This document shows, one piece after another, positions 1-12,070 of a stretch of 64,000 bases of DNA. The notes below the pieces were generated by a model. The model ran no database searches. It was not told the DNA's origin and was given only the letters and a program-made list of their open reading frames with translations. Origin of the DNA: Malacoraja senta (Eukaryota); assembly GCA_038087875.1 (NCBI GenBank), contig CM075991.1, positions 9,302,001-9,366,000 on the forward strand, in the 5' to 3' direction. How positions within the stretch are numbered: the stretch's first letter is position 1; the number at the start of each line of letters is the position of its first letter. Both the position numbers and the translations under genes were made by a program.

Positions 1-691
1 AAGATGAATACGTTGCAGTCACAATCGATACAAAATGCAACCCGGGTCAAGGGGACTAAAATGAGATTCCACCCAGCTTGTTACGGGGTGGAACATTTTC
101 CCATCGCACGTGCTGTGAAATGAATTGTGAAATAGGTGGCAAGGTGGCGCAGCGGTAGAGTTGCTGCCTCACAGCGCCAGAGACCCGGGTTCCATCCTGA
201 TTACGGGTGCTGTCTGTACGGAGTTTCTACCTTCTCCCCATGATCTGCGTGGATTTTCTCCATGAATGCATCTGCTTCTACCACCACCCCTGCCAGTGTG
301 TTCGAGGCACTCACCATTCTGTCTAAATAACTTGCCCCACACAGCTCCTTAAAATGTTGCCCCTCATACCTTAAAGCTGGGATAAAAGTTCTGACTGTCT
401 ACCGTGTCTATCCTCTCATCATTTTAGAAACTTTGATCAAGTCTCCCCTCAATTTGCAACGCTCTAGGGAAAACAATCCAAAACAAGAGTCTGAAGAAGG
501 GTTTCGACCCGAAACGTTGCCTATTTCCTTCGCTCCATAGATGCTGCCTCACCCGCTGAGTTTCTCCAGCATTTTTGTCTATCTAAAACAATCCAGGGTT
601 GTCCAACTCAAAGTTCCTTTAATATTCAGAAATTTACCTCTCAGACTCAAGGTCTGTGAAGTTTAATTGTATTCAGTGCCCCAGACTAGAT

Positions 692-1092
692 GGGCAACAG
701 CATGGTGGCACAGCGGTAGAGTTGCTGCCTTACAGCTCCAGAGATCCAGGTTCGATCCTGACTACGGGTGCTGTCTGGGCAGAGTTCGCACTTTCTCCCC
801 CTCCATGACCTGCGTGGGTTTTCTACGGGTGCTCCGGTTTCCTCCCACACTCCAAAGACATACGGGTTTGTAGGTTAACTGGCTCCAGTAAAAATTGTAC
901 CTTCTCCCGAGTGTGTCGGATAGTGGTGGTGGGTATGTCACCATGGTTTTGGTTTTGGTTTCGTGTTGAAATTAAATAAATTATTTTTTAACACAAAAAA
1001 AAGTGTGTAGGATAGTGCTAGTGTACGGGGTGACCGCTGGTCAGTGCGGACTCGGTGGGCCGAGGGGCCAGTTTCCGTGCTGTTTCTCTGGA
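692..1092 (+). mobile_element. HE1-type tRNA-derived V-SINE, with a small poly(A) insertion at 926-1001
   Basis: A box tggcacagcgg, B box ggttcgatcc, V-domain ctccggtttcctcccacactccaaagac, CR1-like tail; insert flanked by agtgtgt(c/a)ggatagtg. Confidence 0.88.
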
Positions 1093-1552
1093 GTCTAGAG
1101 ATAAAAGGAGAGCAGATGCTGTCAGGGCTCTCAAGGAAGATGTCACAGCTGCTTATTCATCTCGTAAAAATGGCTTCAACACCTCTTTAGTTCATTAGTG
1201 GAACACTGGCTGGATTGTCACCTGATGCAGTTGTTCCCCCTGGAGCCCATTAGTGATAACAGCTGGCCAGCACAGCTCACAATAGCATTTATTCGACAGA
1301 GTTCCTCTGCTCGCCGTATATGGTGAGAATGAGTTACTGCCTTTGATCCGCTGCCTATTGTCTCATCTGTCATTACATCTCCTGCCTGGCTCTCTGCAGG
1401 TGAGTCCAGGATAGAACTGAAGGTTGGACAAAGTTAAGGACACCTCGCCAAGATTGGACCATGATAATCTCACATCTGTTGCGTTTTATAATATGCTAAA
1501 CTGCCTCACTGAAGGAGAAAGCTAGAGGTGTAAGACAGACCGTGATCTCTTA

Positions 1553-2178
1553 AGGGCCTGTCCCACTTGGCCGTCATTTACGCGCCATTTACACGACCTG
1601 GTAGCGTGTGGGTAGTGCGGGACGGGCGCATGGAGTGGCGTGGAGGAGTGTGGAGTTGCGCGCGGTATCGCGCAGTGCGCCAGGATTTCGTGCTGCACGA
1701 AATCTTCACGTGCCATCGGCCTGTCGCGTAAATGACGGCCACGTGGGACAGGGTGATGTTTTGGGTCGAATGGGTGACGTTTCGGGTCGAGACCCTTCTT
1801 CAGACTGAAACATCATCCATTCCTTCTCTCCAGAGAAGCTGCCGGTCCCGTTGAGTTACTCCTGCATTTTGTGTCTATCTTCAATTTAAACCAGCATCTG
1901 CAGCTCATTCCCACACATTAATTTGGTCTGCCGCTTGCTACTTTTCATTCACCTCTTTATTTTGAATAGGGGCATTACATCTGCAGTTTTTCCAATCACC
2001 ACTCAAGAAACTGGAACATTTTAGAAAATCACCATAAATATCATAAACTGGGTAAATATCATAAACTGGGTATTCAAATGACGTCACGCACTCCAGACGG
2101 CTGTGCGGACGCATGATGACGCGTGCGACAGTCACTACCGGCCTGTCGCGTAAATGACGGCCAAGTGGGACAGGCCCT
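1553..2178. mobile_element. PIF/Harbinger MITE, composite (one left end, two right ends, PLE remnant between)
   Basis: Left TIR AGGGCCTGTCCCACTTGGCCGTCATTTACGCG at 1553; degenerate right end at ~1752; intact right TIR ends 2178; TTA on both outer sides. Confidence 0.7.
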
Positions 2179-2191
2179 TTATGTACTGTAA

Positions 2192-2798
2192 AGGGCCTGT
2201 CCCACGAGCATGCGACTGCATGCGGCAAGCGCGACCAAGCCGGTCCCACTTCGATCGCCGGAGCCGTATGGAGTTGTGCGGAGCTGGTCCCGACATCGCG
2301 CGGGGCTCCGAAAAACTGACACTGTCCAAAAATTCCGCGCGGCAACGGCCTGCCGGCCCACAGCCGCATTGAGGCCGTACGCACCGCCTTCGACGGGCGT
2401 GCGCAGCGTCTCGACGCCGTACACAGCGTCTTGACGCCGTACGCAGCATCTTGACGGCGTACGCCTAGCGCGAACTTCCCGCGGACTTCACTCGAACATC
2501 ACGTCAACTCGTACTGGATCACTCGACCTCTGCGCGGCCCCCGCTTCCGGTTTGGTCGCGCTCGCCGCATGCAGTCGCATGCTGGTGGGACAGGCCCTGT
2601 ACGGGAAACACTCGGCCTCCGCGCGGGCCCCGCGCGGCCCCCGCTTCCGGTTTGGTCGCGCTTGCCGCATGCAGTCGCATGCTGGTGGGACAGGCCCTGT
2701 ACGGGGAACACTCGACCTCCGCGCGGGCCCCGCGCGGCCCCCGCTTCCGGTTTGGTCGCGCTTGCCGCATGCAGTCGCATGCTCGTGGGACAGGCCCT
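2192..2798. mobile_element. PIF/Harbinger MITE with triplicated right end
   Basis: TIR AGGGCCTGTCCCACGAGCATGCGACTGCATGCGGCAAGCGCGACCAA; TSD TAA (2189-2191, 2799-2801); right end repeated with 100-bp period (ends 2598, 2698, 2798). Confidence 0.88.
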
Positions 2799-2869
2799 TA
2801 AGTGAGGTGGATTTGTGAAGCCTTTTTTTTAACAAAAATAAAATGTAATCAATTATTGCCAGAATAACA

Positions 2870-3162
2870 CATAAAATTCTTAAAAGATTGGACAGGCTAG
2901 ATGCAGGAAAAATGTTCCCGATGTTGGGGGAGTCCAGAACCAGGGGTCACAGTTTAAGAATAAGGGGTAGGCCATTTAAGACTGAGATGAGGAAAAACTT
3001 CTTCACCCAGAGAGTTGTGAATCTGTGGAATTCTCTGCCACAGAAGGCAGTGGAGGCCAATTCACTGGATGTTTTCAAGAGAGAGTTAGATCTAGTTCTT
3101 AGGGCTAAAGTAATCAAGGGATATGGGAGAAAGCAGGAATGGGATATTGATTTTAGATGATC
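2870..3162 (+). mobile_element. CR1 LINE 3' fragment
   Basis: SRTRGHSLRI...FFTQRVVNLWNSLP ORF2 C-terminal signature. Confidence 0.9.
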
Positions 3163-3909
3163 ATCTAAATGATTATTTTTGTTGCATTCTTTCTAGTCAG
3201 CGGAAAGACTATACTGCATATAGTCTGACTGCAGAAACAGAATTTCGTTTGAACTTAGGTTCAAATGACAACAAATAAATATCTATACATGATTACAATC
3301 AAGCCGTCTACAGTGTACAGATGCAGCATAAAGGGAATAACATTTAGTGCAAGTTAAAGTCCAGTAAAGTCCAATTAAAGATAGTCCAAGGGTCTTCAAT
3401 GAGATAGATAGTAGCTCAGGACCACTCTCTAGTTGGTGATAGAATGGTCCAGTTGCCTGATAACAGCTGGGAAGAAACTGTCCCTGAATCTGGAGGTGTG
3501 CGTTTTCACACTTCTGTACTTCTTGCCCGATGGGAGAGGGGAGAAGAGAGAGTGACCTGATGAGTCTCGTCCTTGATTAAGCTGGTGGCCTTGCCGTGAA
3601 GTGTAGATGGAGTCAATGGAAGGGAGGTTGGTTCACGTGATGGTCTGGGCTGAGTCCACAATTCTCTGCAATTTCTTGCGGCCTTGCGGCATCATAGCGT
3701 GGTCTGTTCCCAGACCACGCTATGATGCATCCCGATAAAATGCATTTCAACGAGCATCTGTGTGCGAGCATGGTAGCTGACGACATCGTGTCATTTGAAC
3801 CAACTTCATTTTAAGCCATCTGAATCCACTGTTACAGCAGAGGAATAGGGCTCAATAAAACTCCAATAATCTGGCAGTCCCAGGACTTTGTTGGTGTTGA
3901 ATTGGCAGA

Positions 3910-4157
3910 TTCCGCACCGACCAGCGATCCCCGCACATTAACACTATTCTACACATACTAGGGACAACTTACATTTACATCAAGTCAACTAACCTACAAA
4001 GCTGTACGTCTTTGGAGAGTGGGAGGAAACCAAAGATCTCGGAGAAAATGTACGGGGAGAACGTACAGTCAGCACCCGTGGTCAGGATCGAACCCGGGTC
4101 TCTGGCAATGTAAGCGCTGTAAGGAAGCAACTCTACCGCTGAGCCATCATGCCACCC
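3910..4157 (-). mobile_element. HE1-type V-SINE
   Basis: Reverse-complement A/B boxes and V-domain. Confidence 0.85.
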
Positions 4158-4562
4158 TGAATATAAATCCATTCCCATAGAGGCTCCACTTAATTGGAAT
4201 TGTTTCAGCATCCATTACATTCCCAAGTGGCCTTTCATTACATAATCCTTAAGCCAATTATTAAAATAAACTTATGAAGAACTTGAACAATTGCTGCCAC
4301 ACTCAGTTTACTTACGGTTAATTGAAACCAAGTATCTCCATTTCATTCACGTGTCCCTTGAGACCACATGGGATTAGTTAATTTTTTGCAACAATAGTCA
4401 TGAGGTCCCATGGAACTCATTGAAGATTCTGCAGCAAAACTGGATGGGATTTCCTCATCTGTTTCTGCATCTCTGTCTTTCCTTAGCTTTATCCTTCAGT
4501 GCCAGCGAAAGGCATCTTCTCTCCAACAGGCTGCTCACTCATCACCCGTGGGTCAGCTGGCA

Positions 4563-4832
4563 TCATGAGGAAAAACTTTTTCACCAAGAGAGTTGTGAAT
4601 CTGTGGAATTCTCCGCCACAGAAGGCAGTGGAGGCCAATTCACTGGACGTTTTCAAGAGAGAGTTAGATATACATTTAGGGCTAATGGAATCAAGAGATA
4701 TGGGAAGAAAACAGGAACAGGGTACTGATTTTGGATGATCAGCCATGATCATATTGAATGGCGGTGCTGGCTCGAACGGCTGAATGGCCGATTCCTGCAC
4801 CTATTCTCTATGGTTTTTGTCTATGTTTCTAT
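4563..4832 (+). mobile_element. CR1 LINE 3' fragment
   Basis: RVVNLWNS motif and 3'UTR gatcagccatgatcatattgaatggcgg...cctgcacctatt. Confidence 0.88.
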
Positions 4833-5249
4833 CTCAGGGCAAGAAAGTCATGTTCATAAGGCTGAACGGGTAGCATAGTGGGGCAGCAGTGGTTGCCTTA
4901 CAGTGCCATAGACTGGCATCGATCCTGACTAAGGGGGCTGTCCGTATCGATTTTGTACGTTCTCCCTGTGACTACATGGGTTTTCTCCACGTTGCACCGA
5001 TTTCCTCCCACAATCCAAAGAAGTGCAGGTTTGTAGATTAATTCAATAAGTTGTAAAATTCTACCTAGTGTGTATAGGTTAGTGTATGGCCGGCGTGGAC
5101 TCAGTGGGCCTGCTCTTGGTCCATATCCCTCCAAACCTGTCCTATCATATTTAGTTTATTAAATGAGTCCAGTGAAAAAGTACGTCTCGGAAATAATCAC
5201 CATGAGAAAGACTCAGGCTCGGATTGATGGGGACCACGGTCCAGGGCAT

Positions 5250-5655
5250 TGTAGTTTGCTATTAACCGCCCTCTGGAACAACCCTGTTAGTCACTCACGT
5301 CAAGGGCACCAAGGTGGTTATTAAATGATGGGGGTGCCGGCAATATTCTGTAAGCAAGGAACAAATTAAAGGTCCAGTGTATTTGATCGACAGTAAGGTC
5401 AGAGGGAGAATGTGATGGGATGGTGGCGAAAATATTCTCATCAGTCCCCATGTCACTAACATCTATAGAGAAGATGTTGTGATATTGCAAGGACTACTTT
5501 GTTATATCACAAGGACTACATGTATATGTGGGGATGACGTAATATGGGCAGGGCACTCTGGTTCCAGATTGTCGTGAAATAAACAGAGCCTTGATTTATG
5601 CTCAGCTTCAAACCCCTAAATACGTGTGCTTATGGTCATTAACAATGGTATTACA
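5250..5655 (+). mobile_element. Possible solo LTR
   Basis: TGTAG...TTACA ends, internal caaggactac repeats, AATAAA at ~5578; no clear TSD. Confidence 0.3.
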
Positions 5656-5734
5656 GATACCGGACCATGAAGTACAACTGAAGACATCACTTGAAGAAGG
5701 GTCTCAACCCAAAACGTCACCCATTCCTTCTCTC

Positions 5735-5927
5735 CAGAGATGCTCCCTGTCCCACTGAGTTACTCCAGCATTTTGTGTCTATCTTCAGAGACGCTGCCTG
5801 TCCCACTGAGTTACTCCAGCATTTTGTGTCTATCTTCAGAGATGCTGCCTGTCCTGCTGAGTTACTCCAGCATTTTGTGTCTATGCTCAGAGATGCTGCC
5901 TGTCCTGCTGAGTTACTCCAGCATTTT
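5735..5927 (+). repeat. ~4 x 51-bp tandem amplification of a PLE pLTR segment
   Basis: Unit cagagatgctgcctgtcc(c/t)(a/g)ctgagttactccagcattttgtgtctatctt starting at 5735, 5786, 5837 and 5888. Confidence 0.9.
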
Positions 5928-6567
5928 ATTCCTATCTCCAGCTAAAAGCAGACAGTCGTTTAATTCGAAGATACGCACAAGATGGTGGAGTAACTCAGCG
6001 GGACGGGCAGCGTCTCTGGAGAGAAGGAAAGGGTGACGTTTCGGGTCGAGACCCTTCCAATTCGTTTCAGTTGATAAAATGACTGCTTCACCTTCACCTG
6101 TTTAACATTCGAATGTAGTTCCGTTTTTTTAGTTTATTTTATTACTGTCACGTGCACCGAGGTACGGTGAAAAGCATTTTTGTTGCGTGCTATCCGGTTA
6201 ACGAAAAGACCATACATGGTTACAATCAGGCTGCCCACAGTGTACAGATACAGGAAGAAGGGTATATCGTTTCGCGCAAGAGAAAATGCTACTGCTGAAA
6301 TAAAGATTTAGAAGCCTGGAGCGATTGTAATGTATGATAGCAGATCCCCTTCTGGGACCAGCAGTCAAGGAGTCTTCCAGCTTGGGCACCATCATCTCAT
6401 CTAGTCTTGTCGCTGATCATGTATAAGATCATGAGATGAATAGATCGGGTAGATGCACAGAGCCTCTTGCCCAGAGTAGGGGAATCAAGGACCAGAGGAC
6501 ATAGATTTAAGATGAAGGGGAAAAGATTTAATAGGAGTGCAGGTGGGTGACCTCCCAACTGCGCTTA

Positions 6568-7040
6568 AGGGCCTGTCCCACTTGGCCGTCATTTGCGCCT
6601 CATTTACGCGTCATATGTAAAATAAGTTGACGCGTTGTGACGCACGGGTAGCGTGTGGGTAGCGCGGACGGGCGCATGGAGAGGCGTGGAGGAGTGTGGA
6701 GTTGCGCGCGATATCGCGCGGCGCTCCAGGATTTCGTGATGCACGAGATCCTCGCCCGCCACCTGCGTGACGTATCGCGTACGCACGCTGACGCATTGGG
6801 TATGCACGCTGATGCATTGACGTCGCACGCTGCGTCCCGACGTCTCACGTGTATCGGGTGGTGACGCATGGTTACGTCACCGTGTGTAACCACGCATCGC
6901 CGCGCGCCGCAGGGTATTCTAATGACGTCACGCGCACCAGACGGCATGATGACGTGTGATTTGCGCGCGATGTTGCATCGACCTATTTTACATATGACGT
7001 GTAAATTTGGCGCAAATGACGGCCAAGTGGGACAGGCCAT
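6568..7040. mobile_element. PIF/Harbinger MITE
   Basis: TIR AGGGCCTGTCCCACTTGGCCGTCATTTGCGCC; TSD TTA/TTA; CpG-rich interior. Confidence 0.9.
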
Positions 7041-7445
7041 TTACAGTACATCCCTCGTCCTACTTGATGGTAGTGTTTATATCATTGGTGCGGCCTGGCT
7101 GAGTTACAACAAATTTCCTACCTGATCTTTGGTCTCCCTGTAGACTAACTGGGTGAATCAGTTAATTCTAAACTGCCTGACCGCTCTACTCTTTAGACTT
7201 ACGACTTTAGAAATACAGCATACAAACAGGTCCTTCGGCCCACTGAGTCCAGCAATCGCCCCGTACACTAGCACTACCCTACATACTAGGGATAATTTAC
7301 AATTTACAGAAGCCAATTATCCTACAAACCTTTGCGTCTCTGGAGTGTGGGAGGAAAACGGAGAACCCTGAGAACGTACCAACTCCATATAGACAGCACC
7401 TGTAGTCAGGATCGAACCTGGGTCTCTGGCACTCCCAGGCAGTAA

Positions 7446-7684
7446 AGGGCCTGTCCCACTTTCACGACCTAATTCACGATCTTTTTTACTCGTGGACATT
7501 TTTCATCAGGCTAGAAAAACGCCCCGACCTAATTGATGCCACAAGTACCTACGACTAGCATCACGACCTACGTACGACCTACCTACGACCTCCTACGACC
7601 TTGTGACGACCATGCTGCGAGTATGAGTCAAGGGCAAACTCGGCAGAGGTCGTGAATTAGGTCGTGAAAGTGGGACAGGGCCCT
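7446..7684. mobile_element. PIF/Harbinger MITE in an HE1 SINE
   Basis: TIR AGGGCCTGTCCCACTTTCACGACCTAATTCACGA; TAA/TTA flanks. Confidence 0.88.
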
Positions 7685-7845
7685 TTACTCTACCGCTGCA
7701 CCACTGCGCCACCCCTCGTTCTCAGCTTTGGATTGAGCTCCTGGGTTTACGGTTAGAGTGAATGAATTGACTGTTGCAATAACTCCTTTCTCTCAAATAT
7801 TATTTAATCCTGAATTGTCATATAGTCATTAGAGTAAAGAACCTG

Positions 7846-7985
7846 GGGGTGGAAGATTGCAACCTTGACGTGGTCCACCCTGTTTCGACTAATGCAATCA
7901 ACCTGACGTGCACAAACAAGATCAAACAGAACAAGTTGTCCTACAACTTTAGGCTGTGCACGCCATACGCAAGAAGAACAAGAAG
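7846..7985 (+). mobile_element. HDV-like ribozyme-headed short retroposon, copy 1
   Basis: GGGGTGG-AA-GATTGCA-ACC-TTGACGT-GGT-CCACCCT-GTTTCGA-CTAA-TGCAATC (P1/P2/P3 nested pseudoknot), then GACGTGCACA..TGTGCACGCC hairpin and GAA tail. TSD agtaaagaacct/agtaaagagcct (one mismatch). L3 carries a C>G change relative to the other copies. Confidence 0.85.
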
Positions 7986-10444
7986 TAAAGAGCCTTAATG
8001 TTTGGCAAAAAGCACTGCATAAGATCAGCTGGAAGCAAATCATCTGAGGAAAGGACTTTGGAGATGCAGAAGAAGCCCAGCCGCGATACAGAATCAAAGA
8101 TCAGAGAACATTGACAACCTCATAAGTTCTGCAGCAACAAATGTTTTTAATGATGAAAGTTTGAGGGGGTAAATTGTGTCAGATTATTCCCACTGTGAGG
8201 CTAATCAGTAAAACAGAGACAATTAGTTCGCTTGAAAAGAACAAAGACTTTATGTGGAGGATTGCCGCTGGAGTTATTGCAGTGTAAGCGATGGCATCGT
8301 ACATTTGCTGAGGCACAGATTAGTTCAGAGATACGGGGTGGAAACAGGACTTCCCGCCCACCGAGTCCACGCCAACCATCGATCACCCATTCACACTAGT
8401 TCTATGTTATCCCACTCTCTTTGGATGGGGAGAGGATGTTTCCACTAGTGGGAGAGGACTAGAGGTCACAGCCTCAGAATTAAAGGACGTTCTTTTAGGA
8501 AGGAGATGGGGAGAAATTTATTGAGGGTGGTGAATCTGTGGAATTTTTTGCCACCGAAGGCTGTGGAGGCCAAGGCTATAGGACAGGTTTGGAGGGATAT
8601 GAGCCAAACGCAGGCAGGTGGGACTCGTGTAGGTGGGACTTGTTGGTCGATGTGGGCAAGTTGGACCAAAGGGTCTGTTTCCACACTGTATCACTCTTAC
8701 GACTCGATGACTCTAGTATGTCAGCTTTGTTTCATGAGAGTTGTGAGACCGCAGCAAGATACAGATTCGTAAAATCAAAGTATCCATAAATTTTAACATC
8801 AATGGCTAAGCTGACAATTTGCTATTGTTAAAAAGGAGTCTATCATGGCAAGAATTAGAACCTAGTGCAATAATTACAGCATGTGCACCTTCCTGTCCTG
8901 ACCTGCCCAACAAGGAAGATTAATTGATTTATTAATTAATTCAATATAGAAGGGCCAGCTCATAATATTTACCTCAGTTTTGCATTCCTGGCAGTCAAAC
9001 CATCTACACATTGGAAATGGAACCCTACACAGAGACAGCACCAGTGATGTCACCTTAAAGGGTGATATACCTGCAGTTTATTGCATGTGTGTTAAGAGAG
9101 GCGTAGATAAGATAGATAATCACTCTCCCATGATGGAGAAATCAAATACTAGAAGGCTTAGCTTTAAGGTGAGAGGGGCAAGGTTTAAAGGAGATGTGCG
9201 GGGCAGGTTTTTTACACAGAGGGTGATGAGTGCCAGGAACCCACAGCCTGGAGTGGTGATTGAGGCAGTTACAATAGTGGTGTTTAAAATACTCGAATTG
9301 CAGCTTCTCGTGATAAGAGCAGAGAGACTATGAGGCGTTTGAACACAAGGAGAACCCTGAGGCCTTGTTTAATCAGAAGCCAATGTGTGCCGACCATTAT
9401 CACAACCCCATTTACACTAAACGTGCACTAATCCTACTACCCCACACTTCTATCAACACTTCCTGAAAAGGCACTTGGGCAGATACATGTATAGAGGGAT
9501 GTGGACCAAGTGCTGGCAAATGGGATGAGCTTAGATAGGGAATCTTGGTTGACATGGAGGAATTGGGCCGTGGGACCTGTTTCCATGCTGTATGCTATGA
9601 CCCCCTCCCAGCCACCTACACACTAGGGATAATTTTATGGTGTAGGAAGGAACTGCAGATGCTGGTTTAAACCGAAGATAGACACAAAAAGCTGGAGTAA
9701 CTCAACAGGATAGGCAGCATCTCATCTTCAGTTTCAAGAAGAGTCTCGACCCAAAACGTCACCCATTCCTTCTCTCCAGAGATGCTGCCTGTCCCACTGA
9801 GTTGCTCCAGCTTTTTGTGTCTATCTATAATGTTATGGTGGCATGCAGGAGGTAGACAGAGCATCAGGAGGAAGCCCGTGCGGTCACAGTGAACGCTTGC
9901 AGACAGCGTGGTGTAGGAAGGAACCGCAGATGCTGGTTTACACCGAGGATAGACATAAAAAGCTGGAGTAACTCAGCGGGTCTGGCAGCATCTCTGGAGA
10001 AACGGTCCTGAAGAAGGGTCCCGACACAAAACGTCACCTACTCCTCTTCTCCAGAGATGCTACCTGACCCGCTGAGTCACTCCAGTATTTTGTGTCTGTT
10101 ATTCCTGACTACGGGTCCTGTCTGTACGCAGTTTGTACGTTCTCCCCGTGACCTGCGTGGGTTTTCCCCGAGATCTTCGGTTTCCTCCCACCCTCGAAAG
10201 ACGTACAGGTTTGAGGGCTAATTGGCTTGGTACAAATGTAAATTGTCCATAGTGTGTGTGTGGGATAGTGTCAATGACCGCTGGTCGGTGCGGACTCGGT
10301 GGGCCGTAGGGCCTGTTCCCGTGCTGTGTCTCTAACCCAAACTAAACTAAACTGAACTAACTTCACATGCAAATGGCTGGCAGACAGCATCAGAGGTCAG
10401 GATTGAACCTGGGTCTCTGGAGCTGTAAGGCTGCAGCTCGACTA

Positions 10445-10843
10445 GATACATAGATACATAGAAAATAGGTGCAGGAGTAGGCCATTCGGCCCTTCGAGCC
10501 TGCACCGCCATTCAATATGATCATGGCTGATCATCCAACTCAGTATCCCGTACCTGCCTTCTCTCCATACCCCCTGATCCCTTTAGCCACAAGGGCCACA
10601 TCTAACTCCCTCTTAAATATAGCCAATGAACTGGCGTCAACTACCCTCTGTGGCAGAGAGTTCCAGAGATTCACCACTCTCTGTGTGAAAAAGTTTTTCC
10701 TCATCTCGGTCTTAAAGGATTTCCCCCTTATCCTTAAGCTGTGACCCCTTGTCCTGGACTTCCCCAACATCGGGAACAATCTTCCTGCATCTAGCCTGTC
10801 CAACCCCATAAGAATTTTGTACGTTTCTTTTAGATCCCCTCTC
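10445..10843 (-). mobile_element. CR1 LINE 3' fragment
   Basis: ORF 10540-10863 with CR1 C-terminus and tail. Confidence 0.9.
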
Positions 10844-11275
10844 AGATACTGATGTGAGTTCACAGCAGAACTTGGAGCAGGCTGGTGGGGGATGATTATG
10901 GATGGTTAACCAGGAAGGTGTCAAGAGATCCAGGTCTGCTGGAACTGCAGCAATTTACAGAGAACATCGTGGCAATAACACAGAACCGAGCAAATATTGA
11001 ATAAACCAAAAAACATTTTTTGGAATTTGAGAACTGTGTTCTGACTCATTAACCCTCAGCCAACATTGCTGAATTTGTTTGTACAGTCAGTATCATATGT
11101 GGGGCTTACTGGGTATAGATTGTCTGCGAGAATCCTACATTAGAACAGGAATTACCCATCAAAGTTAAAGAAATTGAGAATATGATGTTATGAAAAACCA
11201 GGGAGAATCCAATCACCTCTTTGATTCCCCTTCTATTAACATCCCAGAGGTGGCATCTCTGAGATTAACATCTCA

Positions 11276-12070
11276 GAGTGTGGCACAGTGGTATAGAGCT
11301 GCTACCTCACAGCACCAGAGACTCAGGTTCGATCCTGTCAACAGGTACTGTCTGTACAGAGTTTGTCTATTCTCCCTGTGACTACGTGGATTTTCTCCAG
11401 GTGCTCCAGTTTCCTCCCTTATTCGAAAGACATGGAGGTTTGTAGGTTAATTTGCTTCTGTAAAATGTCCCTAGTGTGTAGGACATAGAACTAGTGTAAA
11501 GGTGATCCCTTCTTCTTCTTCTTGCGTATGGCGTGCACAGCCTAAAGTTGTAGGACAACTTGTTCTATTTGATCTTATTTGATTGTGCACGCCAGGTTGA
11601 TTGCATTCGTCGAAACAAGGCGGACCACGTGAAGGTTGCAATCTCCCACCCCAGGTGATCCCTAGTCAACACAGACTCGGTGAAGGGCCTATTTCCATGC
11701 TACATCTGTAATGAAAAGTCTAAAGTCCCCTCGCTTGCAGCTCTTCCCCTCGTGAAACACACACTCTCAGGACTGGCACAGAGGCACAGCAGTAGAGTTG
11801 CTGCCTTGCGGTGCCTGAGACTCGGGTTCGATCCTGACAACGGGTGCTGCTGTCTGTACAGAGTTTGCACGTTCTCCCTGTGACCATGTGGGTTTTCCCC
11901 GGGTGCTCCGGTTTCCTCCCACACTCCAAAGACGTACAGGTTTGTAGGTTAATTGGCTCCGATAAAAGTTGTAAGTTGCCCTAGTGTGTAGGGTAGTGGT
12001 GTCGCAAGTCGGCCCATTCTCGGTGGGCTGTGGGCCTGTTTCCACGCTGTATCTCTAAACTAAACTGACG
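11276..12070 (+). mobile_element. Two tandem HE1-type V-SINEs (the first hosts ribozyme-SINE copy 2)
   Basis: A/B boxes at ~11280-11335 and ~11782-11835; (TAAAC)n tail. Confidence 0.85.
11511..11652 (-). mobile_element. HDV-like ribozyme-headed short retroposon, copy 2 (inserted in an HE1 SINE)
   Basis: Reverse complement reads GGGGTGG-GA-GATTGCA-ACC-TTCACGT-GGT-CCGCCTT-GTTTCGA-CGAA-TGCAATC...(GAA)n. Perfect 11-bp TSD aggtgatccct at 11500-11510 and 11653-11663. Confidence 0.9.

Noticed and set aside
135..262. tRNA genes at the many ggtggcgcagcggtagag...ggttcgatcc sites
   Set aside because: They run into V-SINE bodies and lack a proper acceptor stem; these are SINE heads.
1300..1399. Possible internal exon ending at ctgcag|gtgagt (VPLLAVYGENELL...)
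   Set aside because: Good donor but weak acceptor and no recognisable protein; unsupported without RNA data.
1522..2835. Cluster of GC-rich ORFs / apparent CpG-island promoter (also 6600-7040 and 14406-14859)
   Set aside because: All lie inside TIR- and TSD-bounded MITEs or the hAT element.
5735..5927. CRISPR-like regular repeats
   Set aside because: Contiguous 51-bp units with no unique spacers; the sequence is a PLE pLTR segment in eukaryotic DNA with no cas genes.
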